This document shows positions 21,712-30,987 of a stretch of 32,103 nt of DNA, piece after piece. The DNA comes from Actinomycetota bacterium (lineage in GTDB: Bacteria > Actinomycetota > Actinomycetes > S36-B12). Each line of letters begins with the position of its first letter. Positions within the stretch are counted from its first letter, which is position 1. Below the pieces are notes generated by a model. That model searched no databases. It saw only the letters and a program-made list of their open reading frames with translations, and had not been told where the DNA came from. The stretch is taken from contig VGBQ01000003.1 in the NCBI GenBank assembly GCA_016870425.1, positions 1 to 32,103 of the forward strand, given 5' to 3'. Position numbers and translations under genes: made by a program.

Positions 21712-22761
21712 ATGCCGACACCCCCGTCACCGCTGCGCCGCATCACCGTGCTCGCCGGCGGGATCGGAGGAGCGCGCTTCCTGCGCGGCCTGCTGGCCGC
21801 GGCTCCGGACGCAGAGGTCACGGTGATCGGCAACACGGGCGACGACATCTGGATCCACGGCCTGCGCGTGTGCCCCGATCTCGACACGGTGATGTACACC
21901 CTGGGCAACGGCATCTCCGAGGAGCGCGGTTGGGGCCGCGAGGGCGAGACCTTCACGGTCAAGGAGGAGCTGGCCGACTACGGGCTCGAGCCGTCGTGGT
22001 TCGGGCTCGGCGATCGGGACATCGCGACCCACCTCGTGCGCACGCAGATGCTCCAGGCCGGCTATCCCCTATCTGCCGTCACCGAGGCACTGTGCGAGCG
22101 GTGGCAGCCCGGGGTGCACCTCATCCCCATGACGGACGAGCGTGCCGAGACCCACGTCGTGGTGGATGACCCCGACGGTGCGGTCGACGGCTCCGGGGCG
22201 CCCGCGCGCCGGGCGATCCATTTCCAGGAGTGGTGGGTGCGCTATCGCGCCGAGCTCCCCGCGCACGCGATCGTGCTCGTCGGGGCCGATGACGCGAAGC
22301 CCGGGCCGGGAGTGGTCGAGGCCATTGAGTCCGCCGACGCGGTGATCCTGCCGCCGTCGAATCCCGTCGTCTCCGTGGGCACGATCCTCGAGGTGTCCGG
22401 CATTCGCGAGGCGGTCCAGCGTACGCAGGCTCCGGTGGTGGGTGTCTCGCCGATCGTCGGTGGACGCCCCGTGCGCGGGATGGCCGATGCCTGCCTCGCC
22501 GCGATCGGCGTGCAGACCGATGCCGCTGCGGTCGCGCGCCACTACGGCCCGAGGCGCGCACTAATCCCCGCGGGCGCGCCCGCGGACGGGATCCTCGACG
22601 GCTGGCTCGTCGACTCTGCCGATGCCGCGAGCGTGCCCGCCGTGCAATCGCTCGGCATCGCGTGCGAGTCACGGCCCTTGCTCATGACCGATCCCGAGGC
22701 CACTGCCGACATCGCGCGCGCCGCGCTGGAGCTCGCCGCGAGCCTGCGACCACAGGCATGA
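21712..22761 (+). CDS. cofD: 2-phospho-L-lactate/phosphoenolpyruvate transferase CofD (FbiA)
   Basis: [58 protein letters not shown]. Start ATG 21712 (alternative 21706). Confidence 0.96.
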   Translation: MPTPPSPLRRITVLAGGIGGARFLRGLLAAAPDAEVTVIGNTGDDIWIHGLRVCPDLDTVMYTLGNGISEERGWGREGETFTVKEELADYGLEPSWFGLGDRDIATHLVRTQMLQAGYPLSAVTEALCERWQPGVHLIPMTDERAETHVVVDDPDGAVDGSGAPARRAIHFQEWWVRYRAELPAHAIVLVGADDAKPGPGVVEAIESADAVILPPSNPVVSVGTILEVSGIREAVQRTQAPVVGVSPIVGGRPVRGMADACLAAIGVQTDAAAVARHYGPRRALIPAGAPADGILDGWLVDSADAASVPAVQSLGIACESRPLLMTDPEATADIARAALELAASLRPQA

Positions 22762-24098
22762 GCCTGCAGGTCGTCGGCGTCCCCGGCATCGGCGAGATCA
22801 CCACGGGCACCGACCTTGCTGTGACCCTTGCCGACGCGATGGCGACTGCGACATGGCCCGACGGCACTGCCGGGCTGCGCGCAGGCGACATCGTGGTCGT
22901 CACGAGCAAAATCGTGAGCAAGGCCGAGGGGCGCGTGGTCCCCGAGTCCGAGCGCGAGGACGCGCTCGCGGCGGAGACGGTGACGGTGGTCGCGACCAAG
23001 GAGACGCCGAGGGGCATCACCCGAATCGTGCGCACGCACCACGGGCTCGTGCTCGCCGCGGCAGGCATCGACGCGAGCAACGCACCGGCCGGGCATGTGC
23101 TGCTCCTCCCCCGCGACCCGGACGCATCAGCGCGGGCACTGCGACAGCGACTGCACGAGATCACCGGGGTCTGCGTAGGCATCATCGTCACCGACACACT
23201 CGGGCGTCCCTGGCGCGACGGCCTCACCGACTGCGCCATCGGCGTGGCCGGCGTCACGGTGCTCGACGACCTGCGCGGACTCCCCGATGCCCACGGTCGG
23301 GCGATGGAGGCGACCGTCATCGCCGTGGCCGACGAGATCGCGGCCGCCGCTGATCTCGTCAAGGGCAAGTCCGGCGGCGTGCCCGTCGCTCTGGTCCGCG
23401 GACTTGCCCAGCACGTGAGCCTCGACGACGGTCCCGGTGCCGTGTCGGGCGTGCGCCCCCTTGACGAGGACCTCTTCCCGCTGGGCACGGCAGAAGCCCG
23501 GCGCGAGGGCGCGCGTGACGCTGTGGCGTCTCGGCGTACCGTGCGTCACTTCACGGAAGAGTCCGTCGACGCGCAGGCGCTCACGCGCGCCATTGCGATC
23601 GCCATCACTGCGCCGGCGCCCCACCACACGACTCCCTGGCGCTTCGTGCTCCTCGACGAGCGGCGTGAGGCATTGCTGTCGGCGATGCGGGAGAGGTGGC
23701 GGACGGATCTCGAGGCAGACAACTTCGATGCGGTCGCGATCGAGCGACGCCTGTCCCGCGGCGACATCCTCTGGCGTGCTCCCGCCGTCGTACTGCCCTT
23801 CCTCGACCTCGCCGAGGGCCCGCACGCCTATCCCGACGACCGTCGCGCGGGCTTCGAGCGCGATCTCTTCCTCGTCTCCGGCGGCGCGGCCGTGGAGAAC
23901 CTGCTCATCGCACTGGCGGCGGAGGGGTGGGGTGCCGCGTGGATCTCGTCCACAATGTTCTGCCCCGATGTCGTGCGCGACCTACTCGATCTTCCCGTGT
24001 CATGGCAACCGCTCGGTGCCATCGCCATCGGACGCCCCGCGCAGGATGCCGGGCCGCGTCCCGCACGCGACCCCGAGGACTTCATCCTCCGGATGTAG
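22758..24098 (+). CDS. fbiB: Coenzyme F420-0:L-glutamate ligase fused to a nitroreductase-like domain (FbiB)
   Basis: [34 protein letters not shown] and ADLVKGK (CofE), followed by RRTVRHF and [12 protein letters not shown] (nitroreductase). ATGA overlap with cofD. Confidence 0.95.
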   Translation: MSLQVVGVPGIGEITTGTDLAVTLADAMATATWPDGTAGLRAGDIVVVTSKIVSKAEGRVVPESEREDALAAETVTVVATKETPRGITRIVRTHHGLVLAAAGIDASNAPAGHVLLLPRDPDASARALRQRLHEITGVCVGIIVTDTLGRPWRDGLTDCAIGVAGVTVLDDLRGLPDAHGRAMEATVIAVADEIAAAADLVKGKSGGVPVALVRGLAQHVSLDDGPGAVSGVRPLDEDLFPLGTAEARREGARDAVASRRTVRHFTEESVDAQALTRAIAIAITAPAPHHTTPWRFVLLDERREALLSAMRERWRTDLEADNFDAVAIERRLSRGDILWRAPAVVLPFLDLAEGPHAYPDDRRAGFERDLFLVSGGAAVENLLIALAAEGWGAAWISSTMFCPDVVRDLLDLPVSWQPLGAIAIGRPAQDAGPRPARDPEDFILRM

Positions 24099-24099
24099 T

Positions 24100-24162
24100 C
24101 GTTGAGTGGCGCCATGTGCGGCTTGCGTACGGCGTGTCGCCCGCACGAGCCGCCAGTCAACG
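24100..24162. repeat. REP-like imperfect palindrome between convergent genes (may act as a terminator)
   Basis: Outer arms CGTTGAGTGGCG / CGCCAGTCAACG (1 mismatch), inner arms GTGCGG / CCGCAC, and a loop containing CGGCGTGTCG. Confidence 0.55.
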
Positions 24163-24165
24163 CCG

Positions 24166-25242
24166 TCAGGCGTCGGTCGAGAAGCGCACGGCGGTCGCCG
24201 GGAGATTGACGCCCGGCCAGACCCGAGCTCCACCACGGAGCTCGTTGCCGGCCCCGATGCTCGCTCCGTCGCCGATCACGCACTCGCTGAGGAAGGCCCC
24301 CGACGCAATCTGCGCGCCCGCACCGATGACGGAGTCGGCGACCACGGCGTCAGCTCCCACGCTCACTCCGTCCATGAGCACCGATCCCCGGACGACGGCA
24401 CCGGCACCGACGCGGCAGCCGGTCCCCACGGTGCTCCCTCCGCCGACCTCGGCGCTGACATCGACCTGCGCCCCCTCCAGGATCAGCGCTGGCGTCGGCA
24501 CATGCCCCGGCCAGGGGGCCACCCCGAGCACCAGATCGGCCGACCCACGGACGAAGTCCCAGGGGGTGCCGAGGTCAAGCCAGTAGGAGTCGTCGACGAC
24601 ACCCTGCAGCAGTTCCCCCTCGGCGAGGAGTTGGGGGAACGTCTGACGCTCCACCGAGATCGGACGTCCCGCGGGGATGGTGTCGATCACCGAACGGCGG
24701 AAGACGTAGCACCCGGCGTTGATCTGATCGGTGACGATCTCCTCGGGCGTGGTGGGCTTCTCATGGAAGGCCAGCACGCGGCCATGGGCGTCGGTAGGCA
24801 CCAGGCCGTACGCCGTGGGGTCGGACACCCGCACGAGGTGAAGGGTGACCGCAGCATCGGCGACCACATGGGCCTCGATCAGCGAGGCGTAGTCCACACC
24901 GGTCAGCACATCGCCGTTGAGCACCATGACCGGGTCGCCCGGGCCGCTGACCAGGTGCGCGGCCGCATGGCGAATGGCACCCCCCGTGCCGAGGGGCTCG
25001 TCCTCGACGGCATACGCGATCTCGACGCCGAGGTGGCTGCCGTCTCCCAGCTGCTCGGCAAAGACATCGGCGCGGTACGACGTGCCCAGCACGATGCGCT
25101 CGACACCTGCTGCACGCGCCCGCTCGATCTGATGCACGGTGACCGGGACGCCGGCGACCGGCAGCATCGGCTTGGGCGTGCCCAGGGTCAGCGGTCGCAG
25201 CCGAGTCCCCTGGCCCCCCACCAGCAGGATCGCCTCGCGCAT
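24166..25242 (-). CDS. manC: Mannose-1-phosphate guanylyltransferase / NDP-sugar synthase
   Basis: AILLVGGQGTRLRPLT, PKPMLPV, EPLGTGGAI, NGDVL, FHEKP, INAGCYVF, WLDLGTP, and a C-terminal hexapeptide repeat; typical neighbour of cofD/fbiB. Confidence 0.88.
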   Translation of the reverse strand: MREAILLVGGQGTRLRPLTLGTPKPMLPVAGVPVTVHQIERARAAGVERIVLGTSYRADVFAEQLGDGSHLGVEIAYAVEDEPLGTGGAIRHAAAHLVSGPGDPVMVLNGDVLTGVDYASLIEAHVVADAAVTLHLVRVSDPTAYGLVPTDAHGRVLAFHEKPTTPEEIVTDQINAGCYVFRRSVIDTIPAGRPISVERQTFPQLLAEGELLQGVVDDSYWLDLGTPWDFVRGSADLVLGVAPWPGHVPTPALILEGAQVDVSAEVGGGSTVGTGCRVGAGAVVRGSVLMDGVSVGADAVVADSVIGAGAQIASGAFLSECVIGDGASIGAGNELRGGARVWPGVNLPATAVRFSTDA

Positions 25243-25299
25243 GCGGTCATCCCATCACATGACGGGACCGGGTCTCCCCGACGGATCGGTCACACATGG

Positions 25300-25332
25300 C
25301 GCAGGGCCCCGGCCATCGGCCGGGGCCCTGCG
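25300..25332 (-). terminator. Intrinsic terminator-like hairpin downstream of proX
   Basis: Perfect 15-bp inverted repeat CGCAGGGCCCCGGCC-atc-GGCCGGGGCCCTGCG; no poly-U tail, which is common in actinobacteria. Confidence 0.75.
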
Positions 25333-25360
25333 TTCAGGCTTGATTACTCGCTTCAGCGGA

Positions 25361-26389
25361 TCAGGAAACCCCGGTGCCCTCGAGCCAGGCGGCGACCTTG
25401 TCGGGGTTGGCGTCGATCCACTTCTGGGCCGCCTCCTCCGGGGTCATGCCGGACTCGATGTCGAGCGCGACCTGGTTCTGGTCCTCGTTGGTGCACTCGA
25501 AGTTCTGGACGAGGGTGGCGAAGGGGCTGCCCGAGTCCATGAGCTTGACGGTGGCGAGCTTGACCAGCGGCGTCTCGGGGTAGTCCGTGAGACCGCTGGC
25601 CTTCGCCGCGTCGGTCCAGTCGTTGGCCGGGAAGTTGATGCGGCACAGCGGGACCTTGGCGAGGAAGTTCTGCGGCTCGTAGAAGTAGCCGAGCACCGCT
25701 TCCTTGTTGTCGTTGCCCTTGGTGAAGGCCTCGATGAGAGCTGCCTCCGAGCCGGTGTTGATGATCTTGTAGTTCAGGCCATTGGCCTCGATGAGCTTCT
25801 CGCCGATGGTGGTGTATCCGGGCGGGCCCTCGAGCCACGCTCCCTTGTCACCGGACTCCGGCGTCTTGAAGAGGTCGGCGTACTCATTGAGCTTCGTGCC
25901 GTCGGTGATGTCCGGGTACTCATCGCACATCCACTGCGGGACGTACATGCCGATGAGGCCGACGTTGCCGTTCAGGCCGACCTCGACGATGGCGCCACGG
26001 TCGACCCACTCCTGCCAGCGGCCACCGCCCCAGTCCTCGATGATGACGTCGACCGAGCCAGCCTCCATGGCGTCGTAGGTCACACCAGCCTCGTCGAGCG
26101 TGGTCTGGGTGATATCGCAGCCGAGCTTCTCGCGGGCCACATCGCTGAGCACCTGCGCCGAGGCGGTGTAACCGACCCACGCGTGCATGGCGACACCCCA
26201 CGAGCCGCAATCGGCCGGGGCCGGTGCCGCGCTGGACTCCGCGGGTGCGGCAGCGCTCGACTCGGCAGGTGCCGGGGCTGCGGACGAGGACGCGGCCTCA
26301 TTGACGGTGCCGCCACCGCAGGCCGCGAGGGCCAGGCCGGCAGCAGCGAGCGTGACCACGAGGCCAGCGCCCTTGCCTACTCGCTTCAT
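25361..26389 (-). CDS. proX: Glycine betaine/choline ABC transporter substrate-binding lipoprotein
   Basis: GGAGG SD, signal peptide with lipobox LAAC, and motifs WVGYTAS, IEDWG, GMYVPQW, YFYEP and EEAAQKWIDAN. True start is ATG 26389. Confidence 0.9.
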   Translation of the reverse strand: MKRVGKGAGLVVTLAAAGLALAACGGGTVNEAASSSAAPAPAESSAAAPAESSAAPAPADCGSWGVAMHAWVGYTASAQVLSDVAREKLGCDITQTTLDEAGVTYDAMEAGSVDVIIEDWGGGRWQEWVDRGAIVEVGLNGNVGLIGMYVPQWMCDEYPDITDGTKLNEYADLFKTPESGDKGAWLEGPPGYTTIGEKLIEANGLNYKIINTGSEAALIEAFTKGNDNKEAVLGYFYEPQNFLAKVPLCRINFPANDWTDAAKASGLTDYPETPLVKLATVKLMDSGSPFATLVQNFECTNEDQNQVALDIESGMTPEEAAQKWIDANPDKVAAWLEGTGVS

Positions 26390-26475
26390 TCTTCCTCCAG
26401 GAAGGTTGATTTCGCCGCCATCGTAGGCGCGGGGCACCGGGGAAAGGGCATAATGGCGATAACGGATGGGTATCG

Positions 26476-28431
26476 CTAGTGGCGGTCCTGGGGCCCCTTC
26501 TGGGGCCTGCCTTGGGCAATTCGATCCAAGATGATGCCCAGGAGCACGATGGCGATGCCGGCGGCCAGCCCCTTGCCGGCCAATTCCGGCTTCGACTGGC
26601 CGACGATCACGAGGTAACCCAGGCCACCTGCGCCGACGAAACCGCCGATGACGACGACGGCGAGCACGAAGATCAGTCCCTGGTTGACGCCGAGCAGGAT
26701 CGAGCGCCGCGCGACCGGCAACTGCACCTTGGTGATCACCTGGAGATTCGTCGACCCGGCGGAGATCGCCGCCTCCACGGACTCCTTGGGCACCTTGCGC
26801 ACGCCGTCGGCAACGATGCGGATCACCACGGGCGCGGCGTAGACGACACCGAGCACGATCGCGGCGAAGCGCGTCGGACCGAAGAGTGCGAGCACGGGCA
26901 CGAGGTAGACGAACGCCGGCATCGTCTGCCCCGCGTCGAGGAAGGGCCGCAGGAATCGGTCGACGCGACTGCTGCGTCCGGCCCATACGCCGAGGACTAT
27001 GCCGATGATGACGACGAAGCCCGTGGCGATCAAGGTCATGGCCAGGGTGAGCATCGTGTCGTTCCACAGGCCCGTGGCCATCACGAGGGCGAGCAGCACG
27101 AGGACGAGGATGCCCACGGTGCGCCCGGCCAGGATGAAGGCCAGGAGCGTGATGGCGATGAGGGTGAGCCACCACGGGGAGTTGGCGAGCACGTCTTGGA
27201 GGGGGTTGAGCACCCAAACGGTGAAGAACTCGCTCCCGGTGACGGTGAGGAAACCCAGGTTGTCGGTGATCCAGTCCGACACCGCATTGGCAGCCTCCGC
27301 CACGGGCTCCTGGAAGTTAAGCCGCTCGGGGAAGACGGCGAAGACGAGCAGGTAGCGCGAGAGGTAGATCGCGATGAGCGTGAGGACACCGAAGATCGCG
27401 AGGCCGATACGACGACGCACCTTCGCAGCATCTGCGGCGGCATAGCCGGACTGGTCTCGGCTCACGGCGGCGCTCGTCGATCGATCGAGCATGACGGCCA
27501 GGATTACGACGGCCAGCCCGGCAACGACGCCGTCACCGACATTGCGGATGGTGAGCGCCTCGACCACCGGCTTGCCGAGCCCGGGGGCGCCGATCAGCGC
27601 GGCGATGACGACGAAGGACAGCGCTGCCAGGGTGGTCTGGTTGACCGCGAGGATGATCGTGCTCTTGGCCATGGGCAACTGCACCTTGGTGAGCACCTGC
27701 CAGCGCGTGGACCCCGCCGACTCGGCCGCCTCGATCGGCCCGTGCTTCAGGCTCTTGATGGCGTGTGCCGTGATACGGATGCAGATGGGGATGGAGTAGA
27801 TCATCGTCGCGATCGTCGCCGAGGCGATGCCGATGAGGAAGACGAGCGCAAGCGGCGCGAGATAGACCAGCGTCGGCAGCACCTGGGCGAGGTCGAGCCA
27901 CGGGCGCAGCACCTTCATGACGCGATCGTTGAGGCCGGCCCACACACCGAGCGGGAGGGCGATGACGAGCGACAGGACCACGGCCCCGATCGTCATCGCG
28001 AGTGTCTCCATGGTGAGGAGCCACATGCCGAGCATCCCGCACAGCAGCATGAGGAACATGCTCACCAGGGCCATGCGCAGGGTGGAGGTGGCGTAGACGA
28101 TGAAGCCGATGAGGACGAGCGTGCCGAACCACCCCAGGAGAGGGATGACATTGCCATCCGCGGGCACCGCGATGACACCCATGAAGATCTCGATGAATCC
28201 GGAGATCACCGTCCGGATCGGGTTGAAGACATAGACGAAGAGGAAGCTCTCCGTGCGATTGCCGCGGATGGAGGCGGCGGCGTCTCGCATGATCGCGGTG
28301 AACGGCGAGTCGGTGGCGGTGGAGAGCTCCTGCGTTTGGACACCCTTGAGTGCCGTCGCCGTGACGAACCACACGACCAGGACGATGAGTGCCTGCACCC
28401 ACCGCAGTCGCAGGACGGCCGTGACGTCCAT
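26476..28431 (-). CDS. proW: Glycine betaine/choline ABC transporter permease with two fused TM modules
   Basis: Two copies of RPxLDxxQ(V/T)(L/M)PxxVYLxP, the EAA loop, KVQLP, and GA(P/G)GLG. Confidence 0.92.
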   Translation of the reverse strand: MDVTAVLRLRWVQALIVLVVWFVTATALKGVQTQELSTATDSPFTAIMRDAAASIRGNRTESFLFVYVFNPIRTVISGFIEIFMGVIAVPADGNVIPLLGWFGTLVLIGFIVYATSTLRMALVSMFLMLLCGMLGMWLLTMETLAMTIGAVVLSLVIALPLGVWAGLNDRVMKVLRPWLDLAQVLPTLVYLAPLALVFLIGIASATIATMIYSIPICIRITAHAIKSLKHGPIEAAESAGSTRWQVLTKVQLPMAKSTIILAVNQTTLAALSFVVIAALIGAPGLGKPVVEALTIRNVGDGVVAGLAVVILAVMLDRSTSAAVSRDQSGYAAADAAKVRRRIGLAIFGVLTLIAIYLSRYLLVFAVFPERLNFQEPVAEAANAVSDWITDNLGFLTVTGSEFFTVWVLNPLQDVLANSPWWLTLIAITLLAFILAGRTVGILVLVLLALVMATGLWNDTMLTLAMTLIATGFVVIIGIVLGVWAGRSSRVDRFLRPFLDAGQTMPAFVYLVPVLALFGPTRFAAIVLGVVYAAPVVIRIVADGVRKVPKESVEAAISAGSTNLQVITKVQLPVARRSILLGVNQGLIFVLAVVVIGGFVGAGGLGYLVIVGQSKPELAGKGLAAGIAIVLLGIILDRIAQGRPQKGPQDRH

Positions 28432-28433
28432 GG

Positions 28434-29495
28434 CTAGTCGCCCAGCTCCGAGTCGCGGTCGCCAGCGATGAGCGTCAGGACATCGTCGCTTCCGACGTAG
28501 CCGGCCAGAGAGCCGTCGCGCATGACACGCACGGGTGCGACCGAGGCAATGATCGCCGGGGTCGCCTCCTTGATGATGGTGTCGCCGTCGACAGCCGGGC
28601 CGTCGCCGGACTCACCGTCGCGAAGCGGACGCGCGATGGTCTCGAGCGTGAGCACATGGCTCTTGGGGATATCGCGCAGGAAGTCCTCGACGTAGGCGTC
28701 GGCCGGATGCAGCACCAGGTCCATGGCCGTGCCCATCTGCACGACGGCCCCGTCGCGCATGATGGCGATGCGATCGCCGAGCTTCATGGCCTCGGCAAGG
28801 TCGTGGGTGATGAAGACCATCGTCTTGCCCAGCTCGCGGTGCAGGCGGATGACCTCGTCCTGCATGTCTCGGCGAATGAGCGGGTCGAGGGCGCTGAAGG
28901 GCTCGTCGAGGAACATCACGTCGGGATCCACGACGAGAGCACGCGCAAGCCCGACGCGCTGCTGCATGCCTCCCGAGAGCTGCTCGGGGTAGGAGTTGGC
29001 ATACCCCCCGAGCCCCACGAGCTGGATCACTTCCTCGGCGCGCGAGTAGCGATCCTCCTTCTTGACCCCCTGGATCTCGAGGGGGTAGGCGACGTTGTCG
29101 ATGACCTTGCGGTGCGGTAGCAGGCCGAAGTGCTGGAAGACCATGGAGAACTCCGTGCGCCGCAGGTGGCGCAACTGCTTGTCAGTGGCCTTGAGGATGT
29201 CCTCGCCCTCGATGATCACCTCGCCCGCGGTCGCGTCGACCAGGCGGGTGAGGCACCTCACCAGCGTGGACTTGCCGGAGCCGGACAGGCCCATGACGAC
29301 GAAGACCTCGCCCTCGGCCACGTCGAAGCTCACATCGCGCACAGCAGCGGTGCATCCGGTGTCGGCGAGGAGCTCGTCGCGGGGAAGGTCGGCGTACGGC
29401 GTACCGACGATCTTGTCGGCCTGCGGGCCGAAGACCTTCCACAGATTGCGCACGGAGATAGCCGGTGCGCCCGCGGTCGTCGTCGCGGTCGTCAT
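28434..29495 (-). CDS. proV: Glycine betaine/choline ABC transporter ATP-binding protein
   Basis: [57 protein letters not shown]. True start is ATG 29495 after GGAGG. Confidence 0.95.
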   Translation of the reverse strand: MTTATTTAGAPAISVRNLWKVFGPQADKIVGTPYADLPRDELLADTGCTAAVRDVSFDVAEGEVFVVMGLSGSGKSTLVRCLTRLVDATAGEVIIEGEDILKATDKQLRHLRRTEFSMVFQHFGLLPHRKVIDNVAYPLEIQGVKKEDRYSRAEEVIQLVGLGGYANSYPEQLSGGMQQRVGLARALVVDPDVMFLDEPFSALDPLIRRDMQDEVIRLHRELGKTMVFITHDLAEAMKLGDRIAIMRDGAVVQMGTAMDLVLHPADAYVEDFLRDIPKSHVLTLETIARPLRDGESGDGPAVDGDTIIKEATPAIIASVAPVRVMRDGSLAGYVGSDDVLTLIAGDRDSELGD

Positions 29496-29496
29496 G

Positions 29497-30987
29497 TCAT
29501 GCCTCCTGCGAGAACCAGCCACTCGGGGCGGGTGAGAGGTTGCGGTACACGTGCTTGGCCTCGAGGTATTCGTGCAGGCCGGTCGGCCCGAGCTCGCGAC
29601 CCACGCCGGACTGCTTAAAGCCGCCCCATTCCGCCTGCGGCAGATACGGGTGGTAGTCGTTGATCCAGATGGTGCCGTGACGCAGGGCGGCCGCGACGCG
29701 TTCCGCCTTGCCCGCGTCCGAGGTCCACACGGCACCGGCGAGGCCGTAGACGGTGTCGTTGCCCAGGGCGATCGCCTCCTCCTCCGTGCGGAAGGTCTCG
29801 ACGGTGAGCACGGGGCCGAAGGACTCATCCTGGACGCAGGTCATATCGGTCCGGCAGCCATCGAGCACAGTCGGAAGGTAGTAGCAGCCGCTGGCGAGCG
29901 CGGGGAATTCGACGGGATCGGGGGCTCGGCCGCCGCACCTGAGCACGGCCCCCTCGGCGAGGGCCCCGGCAACGTACCTCTCGATCTTCTCCCGGTGCTG
30001 GGGGGAGATGAGTGGGCCTGTCTCCGCCTCCGGATCGAAGGGACCGCCCAGTCGGATGTGCTCGGCCCGGCTGACGATCTGGTCCACAACCCGATCGTGG
30101 ATCGACTCCTCGACCAGCAGGCGCGCCCCTGCAGAGCACACCTGCCCACTGTGGAGGAAGACCGCGGTGAGCGCGTTGTCGATCGCCGCCTCCAGGTCGG
30201 CGTCGGCGAAGATGATGTTGGGGTTCTTGCCGCCGAGTTCGAGGGCAACCTTCTTCACGGTCGCGGCGGCATCGGACATGATGCGCCGGCCGGTGACCAC
30301 GCCGCCGGTGAAGGACACCATGTCGACGTCGGGATGCGTGGCGAGCGGGGCGCCTGCCGTCGCACCGGCGCCGAGGATGAGATTGCCGACGCCCGCGGGG
30401 AGTCCGGCCTCCTCGAGCAGGAGCATGAGATGGATCGTGGTGCTCGGGGTCAACTCACTCGGCTTGAGCACGAAGGAGCAGCCCGCCGCAAGCGCCGGCG
30501 CGACCTTCCATGCGGCCTGGAGGAGCGGGTAGTTCCACGGGGTGATGAGTCCGCAGACGCCCACGGGCGAGTACTCGATGCGCGAGCGCACTCCCGGGTT
30601 GCCGGCGTCCACCACGCGTCCGCCGAGGACATCGCCCTGGGCGAGGCCGGCGAAGTAGCGGAAGCACTTCGCGACGTCGGCGACGTCGTACTCCGCCTCC
30701 ACCAGGCGCTTGCCGGTGTCCAGTGATTCCAGGCGCGCGATCACGTCGACGTCGCGCTCGAGGAGGTCGGCGACGCGGCCGAGGAGCGCGCCGCGCTCCG
30801 CTACCGGGACCGACGACCAGCGTCCGTCGTCGAAGGCCTGCCGCGCCGCGAGGATCGCGCGCTCGGTGTCGACGGAGGTGGCCTCGTCGACGACGCGCAC
30901 CACCTCCCCGTCGGCGGGGCAGCGGATCGCGCGCGTGCCTCCCTCCGCGGCCGAGACCCAGGAACCATCGATGTAGAGATCAGGCAT
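29497..30987 (-). CDS. betB: Betaine aldehyde dehydrogenase
   Basis: [49 protein letters not shown]; lies between betA and the proVWX genes. Confidence 0.9.
   Translation of the reverse strand: MPDLYIDGSWVSAAEGGTRAIRCPADGEVVRVVDEATSVDTERAILAARQAFDDGRWSSVPVAERGALLGRVADLLERDVDVIARLESLDTGKRLVEAEYDVADVAKCFRYFAGLAQGDVLGGRVVDAGNPGVRSRIEYSPVGVCGLITPWNYPLLQAAWKVAPALAAGCSFVLKPSELTPSTTIHLMLLLEEAGLPAGVGNLILGAGATAGAPLATHPDVDMVSFTGGVVTGRRIMSDAAATVKKVALELGGKNPNIIFADADLEAAIDNALTAVFLHSGQVCSAGARLLVEESIHDRVVDQIVSRAEHIRLGGPFDPEAETGPLISPQHREKIERYVAGALAEGAVLRCGGRAPDPVEFPALASGCYYLPTVLDGCRTDMTCVQDESFGPVLTVETFRTEEEAIALGNDTVYGLAGAVWTSDAGKAERVAAALRHGTIWINDYHPYLPQAEWGGFKQSGVGRELGPTGLHEYLEAKHVYRNLSPAPSGWFSQEA

Noticed and set aside
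22758-24098. CofE-nitroreductase fusion (and the CofG-CofH fusion, and the double-module ProW) as novelty
   Set aside because: These are standard actinobacterial architectures
26390-27217. Long N-terminal extension of ProX (618-aa ORF), and similarly of ProV (to 29828), FbiB (from 22662) and WhiB (to 19151)
   Set aside because: These are out-of-frame overlaps with upstream genes or promoters; the downstream starts have SD sequences, a signal peptide or ATGA coupling
26479-28437. 652-aa plus-strand ORF mirroring proW (likewise 10-1014, 1375-2757, 4297-5517, 24106-25542, 29551-30726 and others)
   Set aside because: These are antisense shadow ORFs expected from high-GC codon bias opposite well-supported genes; they carry no recognisable motifs
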